Source: Eledone cirrhosa
Lineage: Eukaryota
Direction: 5' to 3'
DNA length: 64,000 bases
Assembly: GCA_964016885.1 (NCBI GenBank)
Contig: OZ024744.1
Span: forward strand, 121,272,001-121,336,000
In this document: in pieces, positions 26,400 through 40,000 of the stretch
Position numbering within the stretch: the first letter of the stretch is position 1
Layout of the letters: every line of letters begins with the position of its first letter
The notes under the pieces: generated by a model
What the model saw: only the letters and a program-made list of their open reading frames with translations
Databases searched by the model: none
Told to the model about the DNA's origin: nothing
Translations under genes and position numbers: made by a program

Positions 26400-28600
26400 T
26401 GTGAAGAGAGATAGTGTGGGACGGTTGGGTCATGTGTTGAGGAAGTATGAAAGTGACTGGGTGAGAGGAATCAGAGGTAGTGATGGATGTTGTGAAGAGA
26501 GATAGTGTGAGATGGTTGGGTCATGTGTTGAGGAAGGATAAAAGTGACTGGGTGAGAGGAATAGAGGTAGTGATGGATGTTGTGAAGAGAGATAGTGTGA
26601 GATGGTTGGGTCATGTGTTGAGTAAGGATAAAAGTGACTGGGTGAGAGGAATAGAGGTAGTGACGGATGTTGTGAAGCGAGATAGTGTGAGATGGTTGGG
26701 TCATGTGTTGAGGACGGAAAAAGGTGACTGGGTGAGAGGAATAGAGGTAGTGATGGATGTTGCGAAGAGAGATAGTGTGAGATGGTTGGGTCATGTGTTG
26801 AGGAAGGATAAAAGTGACTGTGTGAGAGGAATAGAGGTTTTGATGGATGTTGTGAAGAGAGATAGTGTGAGATGGTTGGGTCATGTGTTGAGGAAGGATA
26901 AAAGTGACTGGGTGAGAGGAATAGAGGTAGTGATGGATGTTGCGAAGAGAGATAGTGTGAGATGGTTGGGTCATGTGTTGAGGAAGGATAAAAGTGACTG
27001 GGTGAGAGGAATAGAGGTTTTGATGGATGTTGTGAAGAGAGATAGTGTGATATGGTTAGCTAATGTGTTGAGGAAGGATAAAAGTGACTGGGTGAGAGGA
27101 ATAGAGGTAGTGATGGATGTTGCGAAGAGAGATAGTGTGAGATGGTTGAGTCATGTGTTGAGGAAGGATAAAAGTGACTCGGTGAGAGGAATAGAGGTTT
27201 TGATGGATGTTGTGAAGAGAGATAGTGTGATATGGTTAGCTAATGTGTTGAGGAAGGATAAAAGTGACTGGGTGAGAGGAATAGAGGTTGTGATGGATGT
27301 TGTGAAGAGAGATAGTGTGAGATGGTTGGGTCATGTGTTGAGGAAGTATGAAAGTGACTGGGTGAGAGGAATAGAGGTACTGATAGATGTTGTGAAGACA
27401 GATAGTGTGAGATGGTTGGGTCATGTGTTGAGGAAGGATAAAAGTGACTGGGTGAGAGGAATAGAGGTGGAGATGGATGTTGTGAAGAGAGATAGTGTGA
27501 GATGGTTGGGTCATGTGTTGAGGAGGGATAAAATTGATTGGGTGAGAGGAATAGAGGTAGTGATGGATGTTGTGAAGAGAGATAGTGTGGGACGGTTGGG
27601 TCATGTGTTGAGGAAGTATGAAAGTGACTGGGTGAGAGGAATCAGAGGTAGTGATGGATGTTGTGAAGAGAGATAGTGTGAGATGGTTGGGTCATGTGTT
27701 GAGGAAGGATAAAAGTGACTGGGTGAGAGGAATAGAGGTAGTGACGGATGTTGTGAAGCGAGATAGTGTGAGATGGTTGGGTCATGTGTTGAGGACGGAA
27801 AAAGTTGACTGGGTGAGAGGAATAGAGGTAGTGATGGATGTTGCGAAGAGAGATAGTGTGAGATGGTTGGGTCATGTGTTGAGGAAGGATAAAAGTGACT
27901 GTGTGAGAGGAATAGAGGTTTTGATGGATGTTGTGAAGAGAGATAGTGTGAGATGGTTGGGTCATGTGTTGAGGAAGGATAAAAGTGACTGGGTGAGAGG
28001 AATAGAGGTAGTGATGGATGTTGCGAAGAGAGATAGTGTGAGATGGTTGGGTCATGTGTTGAGGAAGGATAAAAGTGACTGGGTGAGAGGAATAGAGGTT
28101 TTGATGGATGTTGTGAAGAGAGATAGTGTGATATGGTTAGCTAATGTGTTGAGGAAGGATAAAAGTGACTGGGTGAGAGGAATAGAGGTAGTGATGGATG
28201 TTGCGAAGAGAGATAGTGTGAGATGGTTGAGTCATGTGTTGAGGAAGGATAAAAGTGACTCGGTGAGAGGAATAGAGGTTTTGATGGATGTTGTGAAGAG
28301 AGATAGTGTGATATGGTTAGCTAATGTGTTGAGGAAGGATAAAAGTGACTGGGTGAGAGGAATAGAGGTTGTGATGGATGTTGTGAAGAGAGATAGTGTG
28401 AGATGGTTGGGTCATGTGTTGAGGAAGTATGAAAGTGACTGGGTGAGAGGAATAGAGGTACTGATAGATGTTGTGAAGACAGATAGTGTGAGATGGTTGG
28501 GTCATGTGTTGAGGAAGGATAAAAGTGACTGGGTGAGAGGAATAGAGGTGGAGATGGATGTTGTGAAGAGAGATAGTGTGAGATGGTTGGGTCATGTGTT
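26400..28600 (+). repeat. Local duplication of about 1.1 kb (12-13 monomers) inside the second 10-11 kb copy
   Basis: ORF starts 26480/27651 are offset by 1171 and 27236/28317 by 1081. The ACGGAAAAAG monomer (about 26714 and 27795) and the paired ATATGGTTAGCTAAT monomers are repeated. Confidence 0.85.
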
Positions 28601-31600
28601 GTTGAAGTATGAAAGTGACTGGGTGAGAGGAATAGAGGTAGTGATGGATGTTGTGAAGAGAGATAGTGTGAGATGGTTGGGTCATGTGTTGAGGAAGGAT
28701 TAAAGTGACTGGGTGAGAGCAATAGAGGTAGTGATGGATGTTGTGAAGAGAGATAGTGTGAGATGGTTGGGTCATGTGTTGAGGAAGGATAAAAGAGACT
28801 GGGTGAGAGGAATAGAGGTAGTGATGGAAGTTGTAATGGTAGATAGTGTGAGATGGTTGGGTCATGTGTTGAGGAAGGTTGAATGTGAATGGGTGAGAAG
28901 AATAGAGGTTTTGATGGATGTTGTGAAGAGAGATAGTGTGAGATGGTTAGCTCATGTGTTGAGGAAGGATAAAAGTGACTGGGTGTGAGGAATAGAGGTT
29001 GTGATGGATGTTGTGAAGAGAGATAGTGTGAGATGGTTGAGTCATGTGTTGAGGAAGGTTGAATGTGAATGGGTGAGAGGAACAGAGGTAGTTATGGATG
29101 TTGCGAAGAGAGATAGTGTGAGATGGTTGGGTCATGTGTTGAGGAAGAATAAAATGACTGTGTGAGAGGAATAGAGGTTTTGATGGATGTTGTGAAGAGA
29201 GATAGTGTGAGATGGTTGGGTCATGTGTTGAGGAAGTATGAAAGTGACTGGGTGAGAGGAATAGAGGTAGAGATGGATGTTGTGAAGAGAGATAGAGTGA
29301 GATGGTTGGGTCATGTGTTGAGGAAGTATGAAAGTGACTGGGTGAGGGAATAGAGGTAGTGATGGATGTTGTGAAGAGAGGTAGTGTGAGATGGTTGGGT
29401 CATGTGTTGAGGAGGGATAAAATTGATTGGGTGAGAGGAATAGAGGTAGTGATGGATGTTGTGAAGAGAGATAGTGTGAGAAGGTTGGGTCATGTGTTGA
29501 GGAAGGATAAAAGTGAGTGGGTGAGATGAATAGAGGTAGTGATGGATGTTGTGAAGAGAGATAGAGTGAGATGGTTGGGTCATGTGTTGAGGAAGGTTGA
29601 ATGTGAATGGGTGAGAGGAACAGAGGTAGTGATGGATGTTGCGAAGAGAGATAGTGTGAGATGGTTGGGTCATGTGTTGAGGAAGGATAAAAGTGACTGG
29701 GTGAGAGGAATAGAGGTAGTGATGGATGTTGTGAAGAGAGATAGTGTGAGATGGTTGGGTCATGTGTTGAGGAAGGATAAAAGTGACTGGGTGAGAGGAA
29801 TAGTGGTAGTGATGGATGTTGTAAAGGGAGATAGTGTGAGATGGTTGGGTCATGTGTTGAGGAAGTATGAAAGTGACTGGGTGAGAGGAATAGAGGTAGT
29901 GATAGATGTTGTGAAGAGAGATAGTGTGAGATGGTTGGGTCATGTGTTGAGGAAGTATGAAAGTGACTGGGTGAGAGGAATAGAGGTAATGATGAATGTT
30001 GTGAAGAGAGATAGTGTGAGATGGTTGAGTCATGTGTTGAGGAAGTATGAAAGTGACTGGGTGAGCGAATAGAGGTAGTGATGGATGTTGTGAAGAGAGA
30101 TAGTGTGAGATGGTTGGGTCATGTGTTGAGAAAGGATTAAAGTGACTGGGTGAGAGGAATAGAGGTAGTGATGAATTTTGTGAAGAGAGATAGTGTGGGA
30201 CGGTTGGGTCATGTGTTGAGGAAGTATGAAAGTGACTGGGTGAGAGGAATGAGAGGTAGTGATGGATGTTGTGAAGAGAGATAGTGTGAGATGGTTGGGT
30301 CATGTGTTGAGGAAGGATAAAAGTGACTGGGTGAGAGGAATAGAGGTAGTGATGGATGTTGTGAAGAGAGATAGTGTGAGATGGTTGGGTCATGTGTTGA
30401 GTAAGGATAAAAGTGACTGGGTGAGAGGAATAGAGGTAGTGACGGATGTTGTGAAGCGAGATAGTGTGAGATGGTTGGGTCATGTGTTGAGGACGGAAAA
30501 AGGTGACTGGGTGAGAGGAATAGAGGTAGTGATGGATGTTGTGAAGAGAGATAGTGTGAGATGGTTGGGTCATGTGTTGAGGAAGGATAAAAGTGAGTGG
30601 GTGAGAGGAATAGAGGTAGTGATGGATGTTGTGAAGAGAGATAGTGTGAGATGGTTGGGTCATGTGTTGAGGAAGGATAAAAGTGAGTGGGTGAGAGGAA
30701 TAGAGGTAGTGATGGATGTTGTTAAGAGAGATAGTGTGAGATGGTTGGGTCATGTGTTGAGGAAGGTTGAATGTGAATGGGTGAGAGGAACAGAGGTAGT
30801 GATGGATGTTGCGAAGAGAGATAGTGTGAGATGGTTGGGTCATGTCTTGAGGAAGGATAAAAGTGACTGTGTGAGAGGAATAGAGGTTTTGATGGATGTT
30901 GTGAAGAGAGATAGTGTGAGATGGTTGGGTCATGTGTTGAGGAAGGATAAAAGTGACTGGGTGAGAGGAATAGAGGTAGTGATGGATGTTGCGAAGAGAG
31001 ATAGTGTGAGATGGTTTGGACATGTGTTGAGGAAGGATAAAAGTGACTGGGTGAGAGGAATAGAGGATTTGATGGATGTTGTGAAGAGAGATAGTGTGAG
31101 ATGGTTAGCTCATGTGTTGAGGAAGGATAAAAGTGACTGGGTGAGAGGAATAGAGGTTGTGATGGATGTTGTGAAGAGAGATAGTATGAGATGGTTGAGT
31201 CATGTGTGAGGAAGTATGAAAGTGACTGGGTGAGAGGAATAGAGGTAGTGATAGATGTTGTGAAGACAGATAGTGTGAGATGGTTGTGTCATGTGTTGAG
31301 GAAGGATAAAAGTGACTGGGTGAGAGGAATAGAGGTGGAGATGGATGTTGTGAAGAGAGATAGTGTGAGATGGTTGGGTCATGTGTTGAGGAAGTATGAA
31401 AGTGACTGGGTGAAAGGAATAGAGGTAGTGATGGATGTTGTGAAGAGAGATAGTGTGAGATGGTTGGGTCATGTGTTGAGAAAGGATTAAAGTGACTGGG
31501 TGAGAGGAATAGGGGTAGTGATGGATGTTGTGAAGAGAGATAGTGTGAGATGGTTGAGTCATGTGTTGAGAAAGGATTAAAGTGACTGGGTGAGAGGAAT

Positions 31601-34099
31601 AGAGGTAGTGATGGATGTTGTGAAGAGAGATAGTATGAGATGTTAGGGTCATGTGTTGAGGAAGGATAAATGTGACTGGGTGAGAGGAATAGTGGTAGTG
31701 ATGGATGTTGTAAAGGGAGATAGTGTGAGATGGTTAGCTCATGTGTTGAGGAAGGATAAAAGTGACTGGGTGAGAAGAATAGAGGTTTTGATGGATGTTG
31801 TGAAGAGAGATAGTGTGAGATGGTTAGCTCATGTGTTGAGGAATGATAAAAGTGACTGGGTAAGAGGAATAGAGGTTGTGATGGATGTTGTGAAGAGAGA
31901 TAGTATGAGATGGTTGGGTCATGTGTTGAGGAAGTATGAAAGTGACTGAGTGAGAGGAATAGAGGTAGTGATAGATGTTGTGAAGACAGATAGTGTGAGA
32001 TGGTTGGGTCATGTGTTGAGGAAGGATAAAAGTGACTGGGTGAGAGGAATAGAGATGGAGATGGATGTTGTGAAGAGAGATAGTGTGAGATGGTTGGGTC
32101 ATGTGTTGAGGAAGTATGAAAGTGACTGGGTGAGAGGAATAGAGGTAGTGATGGATGTTGTGAAGAGAGATAGTGTGAGATCGTTGGGTCATGTGTTGAG
32201 GAAGGTTGAATGTGAATGGGTGAGAGGAATAGAGGTTTTGATGGATGTTGTGAAGAGAGATAGTGTGAGATGGTTAGCTCATGTGTTGAGGAAGGATAAA
32301 AGTGACTGGGTGAGAGGAATAGAGGTAGTGATGGATGTTGTGAAGAGAGATAGTGTGAGATGGTTGGGTCATGTGTTGAGGAAGGATAAAAGTGACTGGG
32401 TGAGAGGAATAGAGGTTTTGATGGATGTTGTGAAGAGAGATAGTGTGAGATGGTTAGCTCATGGGTTGAGGAAGGATAAAAGTGACTGGGTGAGAGGAAT
32501 AGAGGTAGTGATGGATGTTGCGAAGAGAGACAGTTTGAGATGGTTGGGTCATATGTTGAGGAAGGATAAAAGTGACTGGGTGAGAGGAATAGAGGTAGTG
32601 ATGGATGTTGTGAAGAGAGATAGTGTGAGATGGTTAGCTCATGTGTTGAGGAAGGATAAAAGTGACTGGGTGAGAGGAATAGTGGTAGTGATGGATGTTG
32701 TAAAGGGAGATAGTGTGAGATGATTGGGTCATGTGTTGAGGAAGTATGAAAGTGACTGGGTGAGAGGAATAGAGGTAGTGATAGATGTTGTGAAGAGAGA
32801 TAGTGTGAGATGGTTGGGTCATGTGTTGAGGAAGTATGAAAGTGACTGGGTGAGGGAATAGAGGTAGTGATGGATGTTGTGAAGAGAGATAGTGTGAGAT
32901 GGTTGGGTCATGTGTTGAGGAGGGATAAAATTGATTGGGTGAGAGGAATAGAGGTAGTGATGGATGTTGTGAAGAGAGATAGTGTGAGATGGTTGGGTCA
33001 TGTGTTGAGGAAGGATAAAAATGAGTGGGTGAGAGGAACGGAGGTAGTGATGGATGTTGTGAAGAGAGATAATGTGAGATCGTTGGGTCATGTGTTGAGG
33101 AAGGTTGAATGTGAATGGGTGAGAGGAATAGAGGTTTTGATGGATGTTGTGAAGAGAGATAGTGTGAGATGGTTAGCTCATGTGTTGAGGAAGGATAAAA
33201 GTGACTGGGTGAGAGGAATAGAGGTTGTGATGGATGTTGTGAAGCGAGATAGTGTGAGATGGTTGGGTCATGTGTTGAGGAAGTATGAAAGTGACTGGGT
33301 GAGAGGAATAGAGGTAGTGATAGATGTTGTGAAGACAGATAGTGTGAGATGGTTGGGTCATGTGATGAGGAAGGATAAAAGTGACTGGGTGAGAGGAATA
33401 GAGGTAGAGATGGATGTTGTGAAGAGAGATAGTGTGAGATGGTTGGGTCATGTGTTGAGGAAGTATGAAAGTGACTGGGTGAGAGGAATAGAGGTAGTGA
33501 TGGATGTTGTGAAGAGAGATAGTGTGAGATGGTTGGGTCATGTGTTGAGGAAGGATAAAAGTGACTGGGTGAGAGGAATAGTGGTAGTGATGGATGTTGT
33601 AAAGGGAGATAGTGTGAGATGGTTGGGTCATGTGTTGAGGAAGTATGAAAGTGACTGGGTGAGAGGAATAGAGGTAGTGATTGATGTTGTGAAGAGAGAC
33701 AGTGTGAGATGTTTGGGTCATGTGTTGAGGAAGTATGAAAGTGACTGGGTGAGAGGAATAGAGGTAGAGATGGATGTTGTGAAGAGAGATAGTGTGAGAT
33801 GGTTGGGTCATGTGTTGAGGAAGTATGACAGTGACTGGGTGAGGGAATAGAGGTAGTGATGGATGTTGTGAAGAGAGATAGTGTGAGATGATTGGGTCAT
33901 GTGTTGAGGAGGGGTAAAATTGATTGGGTGAGAGGAATAGAGGTAGTGATAGATGTTGTGAAGAGAGATAGTGTGAGATGGTTGGGTCATGTGTTGAGGA
34001 AGGTTAAAAGTGACTGGGTGAGTGGAATAGAGGTAGTGATGGATGTTGTGAAGAGAGATAGTGTGGGACGGTAGGGTCATGTGTTGAGGAAGTATGAAA

Positions 34100-37000
34100 G
34101 TGACTGGGTGAGAGGAATCAGAGGTAGTGATGGATGTTGTGAAGAGACATAGTGTGAGATGGTTGGGTCATGTGTTAAGGAAGGATAAAAGTGGATGGGT
34201 GAGAGGAATAGAGGTAGTGATGGATGTTGTGAAGAGAGATAGTGTGAGATGGTTGGGTCATGTGTTGAGGAAGGATAAAAGTGAGTGGGTGAGAGGAATA
34301 GAGGTAATGATGGATGTTGTGAAGAGAGATAGTGTGGGATGGTTGGGTCATGTGTTGAGGAAGGTTGAATGTGAATGGGTGAGAGGAACAGAGGTAGTGA
34401 TCGATGTTGCGAAGTGAGATAGTGTGAGATGGTTGGGTCATGTGTTGAGGAATGTTAAAAGCGACTGGGTGAGAGGAATAGAGATAGTGATAGATGTTGT
34501 GAAGACAGATTGTGTGAGATGGTTGGGTCACGTGTTGAGGAAGGATAAAAGTGACTGGGTGAGAGGAATAGAGGTAGAGATGGATGTTGTGAAGAGAGAT
34601 AGTGTGAGATGGTTGGGTCATGTGTTGAGGAAGTATGAAAGTGACTGGGTGAGAGGAATAGAGGTAGTGATGGATGTTGTGAAGAGAGATAGTGTGAGAT
34701 GGTTGGGTCATGTGTTGAGGAAGGATAAAAGTGACTGGGTGAGAGGAATAGTGGTAGTGATGGATGTTGTAAAGGGAGATAGTGTGAGATGGTTGGGTCA
34801 TGTGTTGAGGAAGTATGAAAGTGACTGGGTGAGAGGAATAGAGGTAGTGATAGATGTTGTGAAGAGAGATAGTTTGAGATGGTTGGGTCATGTGTTGAGG
34901 AAGTATGAAAGTGACTGGGTGAGAGGAATAGTGGTAGAGATGGATGTTGTGGAGAGAGATAGTGTGAGATGGTTCGGTCATGTGTTGAGCAGGGATAAAA
35001 TTGATTGGGTGAGATGAATAAAGGTAGTGATGGATGTTGTGAAGAGAGATAGTGTGAGATGGTTGGGTCATGTGTTGAGAAAGGAATAAAGTGACTGGGT
35101 GAGAGGAATAGAGGTAGTAATGGATGTTGTGAAGAGAGATAGTGTGAGATGGTTGGGTCATGTGTTGAGGAAGGATAAAAGTGACTGGGTGAGAGGAATA
35201 GTGGTAGTGATGGATGTTGTAAAGGGAGATAGTGTGAGATGGTTTGGTCATGTGTTGAGGAAGTATAAAAGTGACTGGGTGAGAGGAATAGAGGTAGTGA
35301 TGGATGTTGTGAAGAGAGATAGTGTGAGATGGTTGGGTCCTGTGTTGAGGAAGGATGAAAGTGACTGGGTGAGAGGAACAGAGGTAGTGATGGATGTTGT
35401 GAAGAGAGATAGTGTGAGATGGTTGGGTCATGTGTTGAAGAAGGTAAAAAGTGACTGGGTGAGTGGAATAGAGGTAGTGATGGATGTTGTGAAGAGAGAT
35501 AGTGTGGGACGGTAGGGTCATGTGTTGAGGAAGTATGAAAGTGACTGGGTGAGAGGAATCAGAGGTAGTGATGGATGTTGTGAAGAGATAGTGTGAGATG
35601 GTTGGGTCATGTGTTGAGGAAGGATAAAAGTGACTGGGTGAGAGGAATAGAGGTAGTGATGGATGTTGTGAAGAGAGATAGTGTGAGATGGTTGGGTCAT
35701 GTGTTAAGGAAGGATAAAAGTGGCCGGGTGAGAGGAATAGAGGTAGTGATGGATGTTGTGAAGAGAGATAGTGTGAGATGGTTGGGTCATGTGTTGAGGA
35801 GGGATAAAATTGATTGGGTGAGAGGAATAGAGTTAGTGATGGATGTTGTGAAGAGAGATAGTGTGAGATGGTTGGGTCATGTGTTGAGGAAGGATAAAAC
35901 TGACTGGGTGAGAGGAATAGAGGTAATGATGGATGTTGTGAAGAGAGATAGTGTGAGATGGTTGGGTCATGTGTTGAGGAAGGTTGAATGTGAATGGGTG
36001 AGAGGAACAGAGGTAGTGATCGATGTTGCGAAGAGAGATAGTGTGAGATGGTTGGGTCATGTGTTGAGGAATGTTAAAAGCGACTGGGTGGGAGGAATAG
36101 AGTTAGTGATGGATGTTGCGAAGAGAGATAGTGTGAGATGGTTGGGTCATGTGTTGAGGAAGTATGAAAGCGATTGGGTGAGAGGAATAGAGATAGTGAT
36201 AGATGTTGTGAAGACAGATTGTGTGAGATGGTTGGGTCATGTGTTGAGGAAGTATGAAAGTGACTGGGTGAGAGGAATAGAGGTAGTGATGGATGTTGTG
36301 AAGAGAGATAGTGTGAGATGGTTGGGTCATGTGTTGAGGAAGGATAAAAGTGACTGGGTGAGAGGAATAGTGGTAGTGATGGATGTTGTAAAGGGAGATA
36401 ATGTGAGATGGTGGGTCATGTGTTGAGGAAGTATGAAAGTGACTGGGTGAGAGGAATAGAGGTAGTGATAGATGTTGTGAAGAGAGATAGTTTGAGATGG
36501 TTGGGTCATGTGTTGAGGAAGTATGAAAGTGACTGGGTGAGAGGAATAGTGGTAGAGATGGATGTTGTGAAGAGAGATAGTGTGAGATGGTTCGGTCATG
36601 TGTTGAGGAGGGATAAAATTGATTGGGTGAGAGGAATAAAGGTAGTGATGGATGTTGTGAAGAGAGATAGTGTGAGATGGTTGGGTCATGTGTTGAGAAA
36701 GGAATAAAGTGACTGGGTGAGAGGAATAGAGGTAGTAATGGATGTTGTGAAGAGAGATAGTGTGAGATGGTTGGGTCATGTGTTGAGGAAGGATAAAAGT
36801 GACTGGGTGAGAGGAATAGTGGTAGTGATGGATATTGTAAAGGGAGATAGTGTGAGATGGTTTGGTCATGTGTTGAGGAAGTATAAAAGTGACTGGGTGA
36901 GAGGAATAGAGGTAGTGATGGATGTTGTGAAGAGAGATAGTGTGAGATGGTTGGGTCCTGTGTTGAGGAAGGATGAAAGTGAGTGGGTGAGAGGAATAGA

Positions 37001-40000
37001 GGTAGTGATGGATGTTGTGAAGAGAGATAGTGTGAGATGGTTGGGTCATGTGTTGAAGAAGGTTAAAAGTGACTGGGTGAGTGGAATAGAGGTAGTGATG
37101 GATGTTGTGAAGAGAGATAGTGTGGGACGGTAGGGTCATGTGTTGAGGAAGTATGAAAGTGACTGGGTGAGAGGAATCAGAGGTAGTGATGGATGTTGTG
37201 AAGAGAGATAGTGTGAGATGGTTGGGTCATGTGTTGAGGAAGGATAAAAGTGACTGGGTGAGAGGAATAGAGGTAGTGATGGATGTTGTGAAGAGAGATA
37301 GTGTGAGATGGTTGGGTCATGTGTTAAGGAAGGATAAAAGTGGCTGGGTGAGAGGAATAGAGGTAGTGATGGATGTTGTGAAGAGAGATAGTGTGAGATG
37401 GTTGGGTCATGTGTTGAGGAGGGATAAAATTGATTGGGTGAGAGGAATAGAGGTAGTGATGGATGTTGTGAAGAGAGATAGTGTGAGATGGTTGGGTCAT
37501 GTGTTGAGGAAGGATAAAAGTGAGTGGGTGAGAGGAATAGAAGTAATGATGGATGTTGTGAAGAGAGATAGTGTGAGATGGTTGGGTCATGTGTTGAGGA
37601 AGGTTGAATGTGAATGGGTGAGAGGAACAGAGGTAGTGATCGATGTTGCGAAGAGAGATAGTGTGAGATGGTTGGGTCATGTGTTGAGGAATGTTAAAAG
37701 CGACTGGGTGAGAGGAATAGAGTTAGTGATGGATGTTGCGAAGAGAGATAGTGTGAGATGGTTGGGTCATGTGTTGAGGAAGTATGAAAGCGACTGGGTG
37801 AGAGGAATAGAGGTAGTGATAGATGTTGTGTAGACAGATTGTGTGAGATGGTTGGGTCACGTGTTGAGGAAGGATAAAAGTGACTGGGTGAGAGGAATAG
37901 AGGTAGAGATGGATGTTGTGAAGAGAGATACTGTGAGATGGTTGGGTCATGTGTTGAGGAAGGATGAAAGTGAGTGGGTGAGAGGAATAGAGGTAATGAT
38001 GGATGTTGTGAAGAGAGATAGTGTGGGATGGTTGGGTCATGTGTTGAGGAAGGTTGAATGTGAATGGGTGAGAGGAACAGAGGTAGTGATCGATGTTGCG
38101 AAGAGAGATAGTGTGAGATGGTTGGGTCATGTGTTGAGGAATGTTAAAAGCGACTGGGTGAGAGGAATAGAGTTAGTGATGGATGTTGCGAAGAGAGATA
38201 GTGTGAGATGGTTGGGTCATGTGTTGAGGAAGTATGAAAGCGACTGGGTGAGAGGAATAGAGATAGTGATAGATGTTGTGAAGACAGATTGTGTGAGATG
38301 GTTGGGTCACGTGTTGAGGAAGGATAAAAGTGACTGGGTGAGAGGAATAGAGGTAGAGATGGATGTTGTGAAGAGAGATAGTGTGAGATGGTTGGGTCAT
38401 GTGTTGAGGAAGTATGAAAGTGACTGGGTGAGAGGAATAGAGGTAGTGATGGATGTTGTGAAGAGAGATAGTGTGAGATGGTTGGGTCATGTGTTGAGGA
38501 AGGATAAAAGTGACTGGGTGAGAGGAATAGTGGTAGTGATGGATGTTGTAAAGGGAGATAGTGTGAGATGGTTGGGTCATGTGTTGAGGAAGTATGAAAG
38601 TGACTGGGTGAGAGGAATAGAGGTAGTGATAGATGTTGTGAAGAGAGATAGTTTGAGATGGTTCGGTCATGTGTTGAGCAGGGATAAAATTGATTGGGTG
38701 AGAGGAATAAAGGTAGTGATGGATGTTGTGAAGAGAGATAGCGTGAGATGGTTGGGTCATGTGTTGAGAAAGGAATAAAGTGACTGGGTGAGAGGAATAG
38801 AGGTAGTAATGGATGTTGTGAAGAGAGATAGTGTGAGATGGTTGGGTCATGTGTTGAGGAAGGATAAAAGTGACTGGGTGAGAGGAATAGTGGTAGTGAT
38901 GGATGTTGTAAAGGGAGATAGTGTGAGATGGTTTGGTCATGTGTTGAGGAAGTATAAAAGTGACTGGGTGAGAGGAATAGAGGTAGTGATGGATGTTGTG
39001 AAGAGAGATAGTGTGAGATGGTTGGGTCATGTGTTGAAGAAGGTTAAAAGTGACTGGGTGAGTGGAATAGAGGTAGTGATGGATGTTGTGAAGAGAGATA
39101 GTGTGGGACGGTAGGGTCATGTGTTGAGGAAGTATGAAAGTGACTGGGTGAGAGGAATCAGAGGTAGTGATGGATGTTGTGAAGAGAGATAGTGTGAGAT
39201 GGTTGGGTCACGTGTTGAGGAAGGATAAAGTGACTGGGTGAGAGGAATAGAGGTAGTGATGGATGTTGTGAAGAGAGATAGTGTGAGATGGTTGGGTCAT
39301 GTGTTAAGGAAGGATAAAAGTGGCTGGGTGAGAGGAATAGAGGTAGTGATGGATGTTGTGAAGAGAGATAGTGTGAGATGGTTGGGTCATGTGTTGAGGA
39401 AGGATAAAAGTGAGTGGGTGAGAGGAATAGAGGTAATGATGGATGTTGTGAAGAGAGATAGTGTGAGATGGTTGGGTCATGTGTTGAGGAAGGTTGAATG
39501 TGAATGGGTGAGAGGAACAGAGGTAGTGATCGATGTTGCGAAGAGAGATAGTGTGAGATGGTTGGGTCATGTGTTGAGGAATGTTAAAAGCGACTGGGTG
39601 AGAGGAATAGAGTTAGTGATGGATGTTGCGAAGAGAGATAGTGTGAGATGGTTGGGTCATGTGTTGAGGAAGTATGAAAGCGACTGGGTGAGAGGAATAG
39701 AGATAGTGATAGATGTTGTGAAGACAGATTGTGTGAGATGGTTGGGTCATGTGTTGAGGAAGTATGAAAGTGACTGGGTGAGAGGAATAGAGGTAGTGAT
39801 GGATGTTGTGAAGAGAGATAGTGTGAGATGGTTGGGTCATGTGTTAAGGAAGGATAAAAGTGGCTGGGTGAGAGGAATAGAGGTAGTGATGGATGTTGTG
39901 AAGAGAGATAGTGTGAGATGGTTGGGTGATGTGTTGAGGAGGGATAAAATTGATTGGGTGAGAGGAATAGAGGTAGTGATGGATGTTGTGAAGAGAGATA

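Larger units (their letters stand above)
14050..34700 (+). repeat. Large tandem duplication of about 10-11 kb (about 14.05-23.7 kb and 23.8-34.7 kb)
   Basis: Colinear ORF pairs: 15527/25268, 16173/25914 and 16739/26480 (offset 9741); 17711/28713 (11002); 18520/29162 (10642); 19707/30259 (10552); 20832/31653 (10821); 21775/32867, 22800/33892 and 23035/34127 (11092). Offsets change mostly by whole monomers. Confidence 0.9.
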
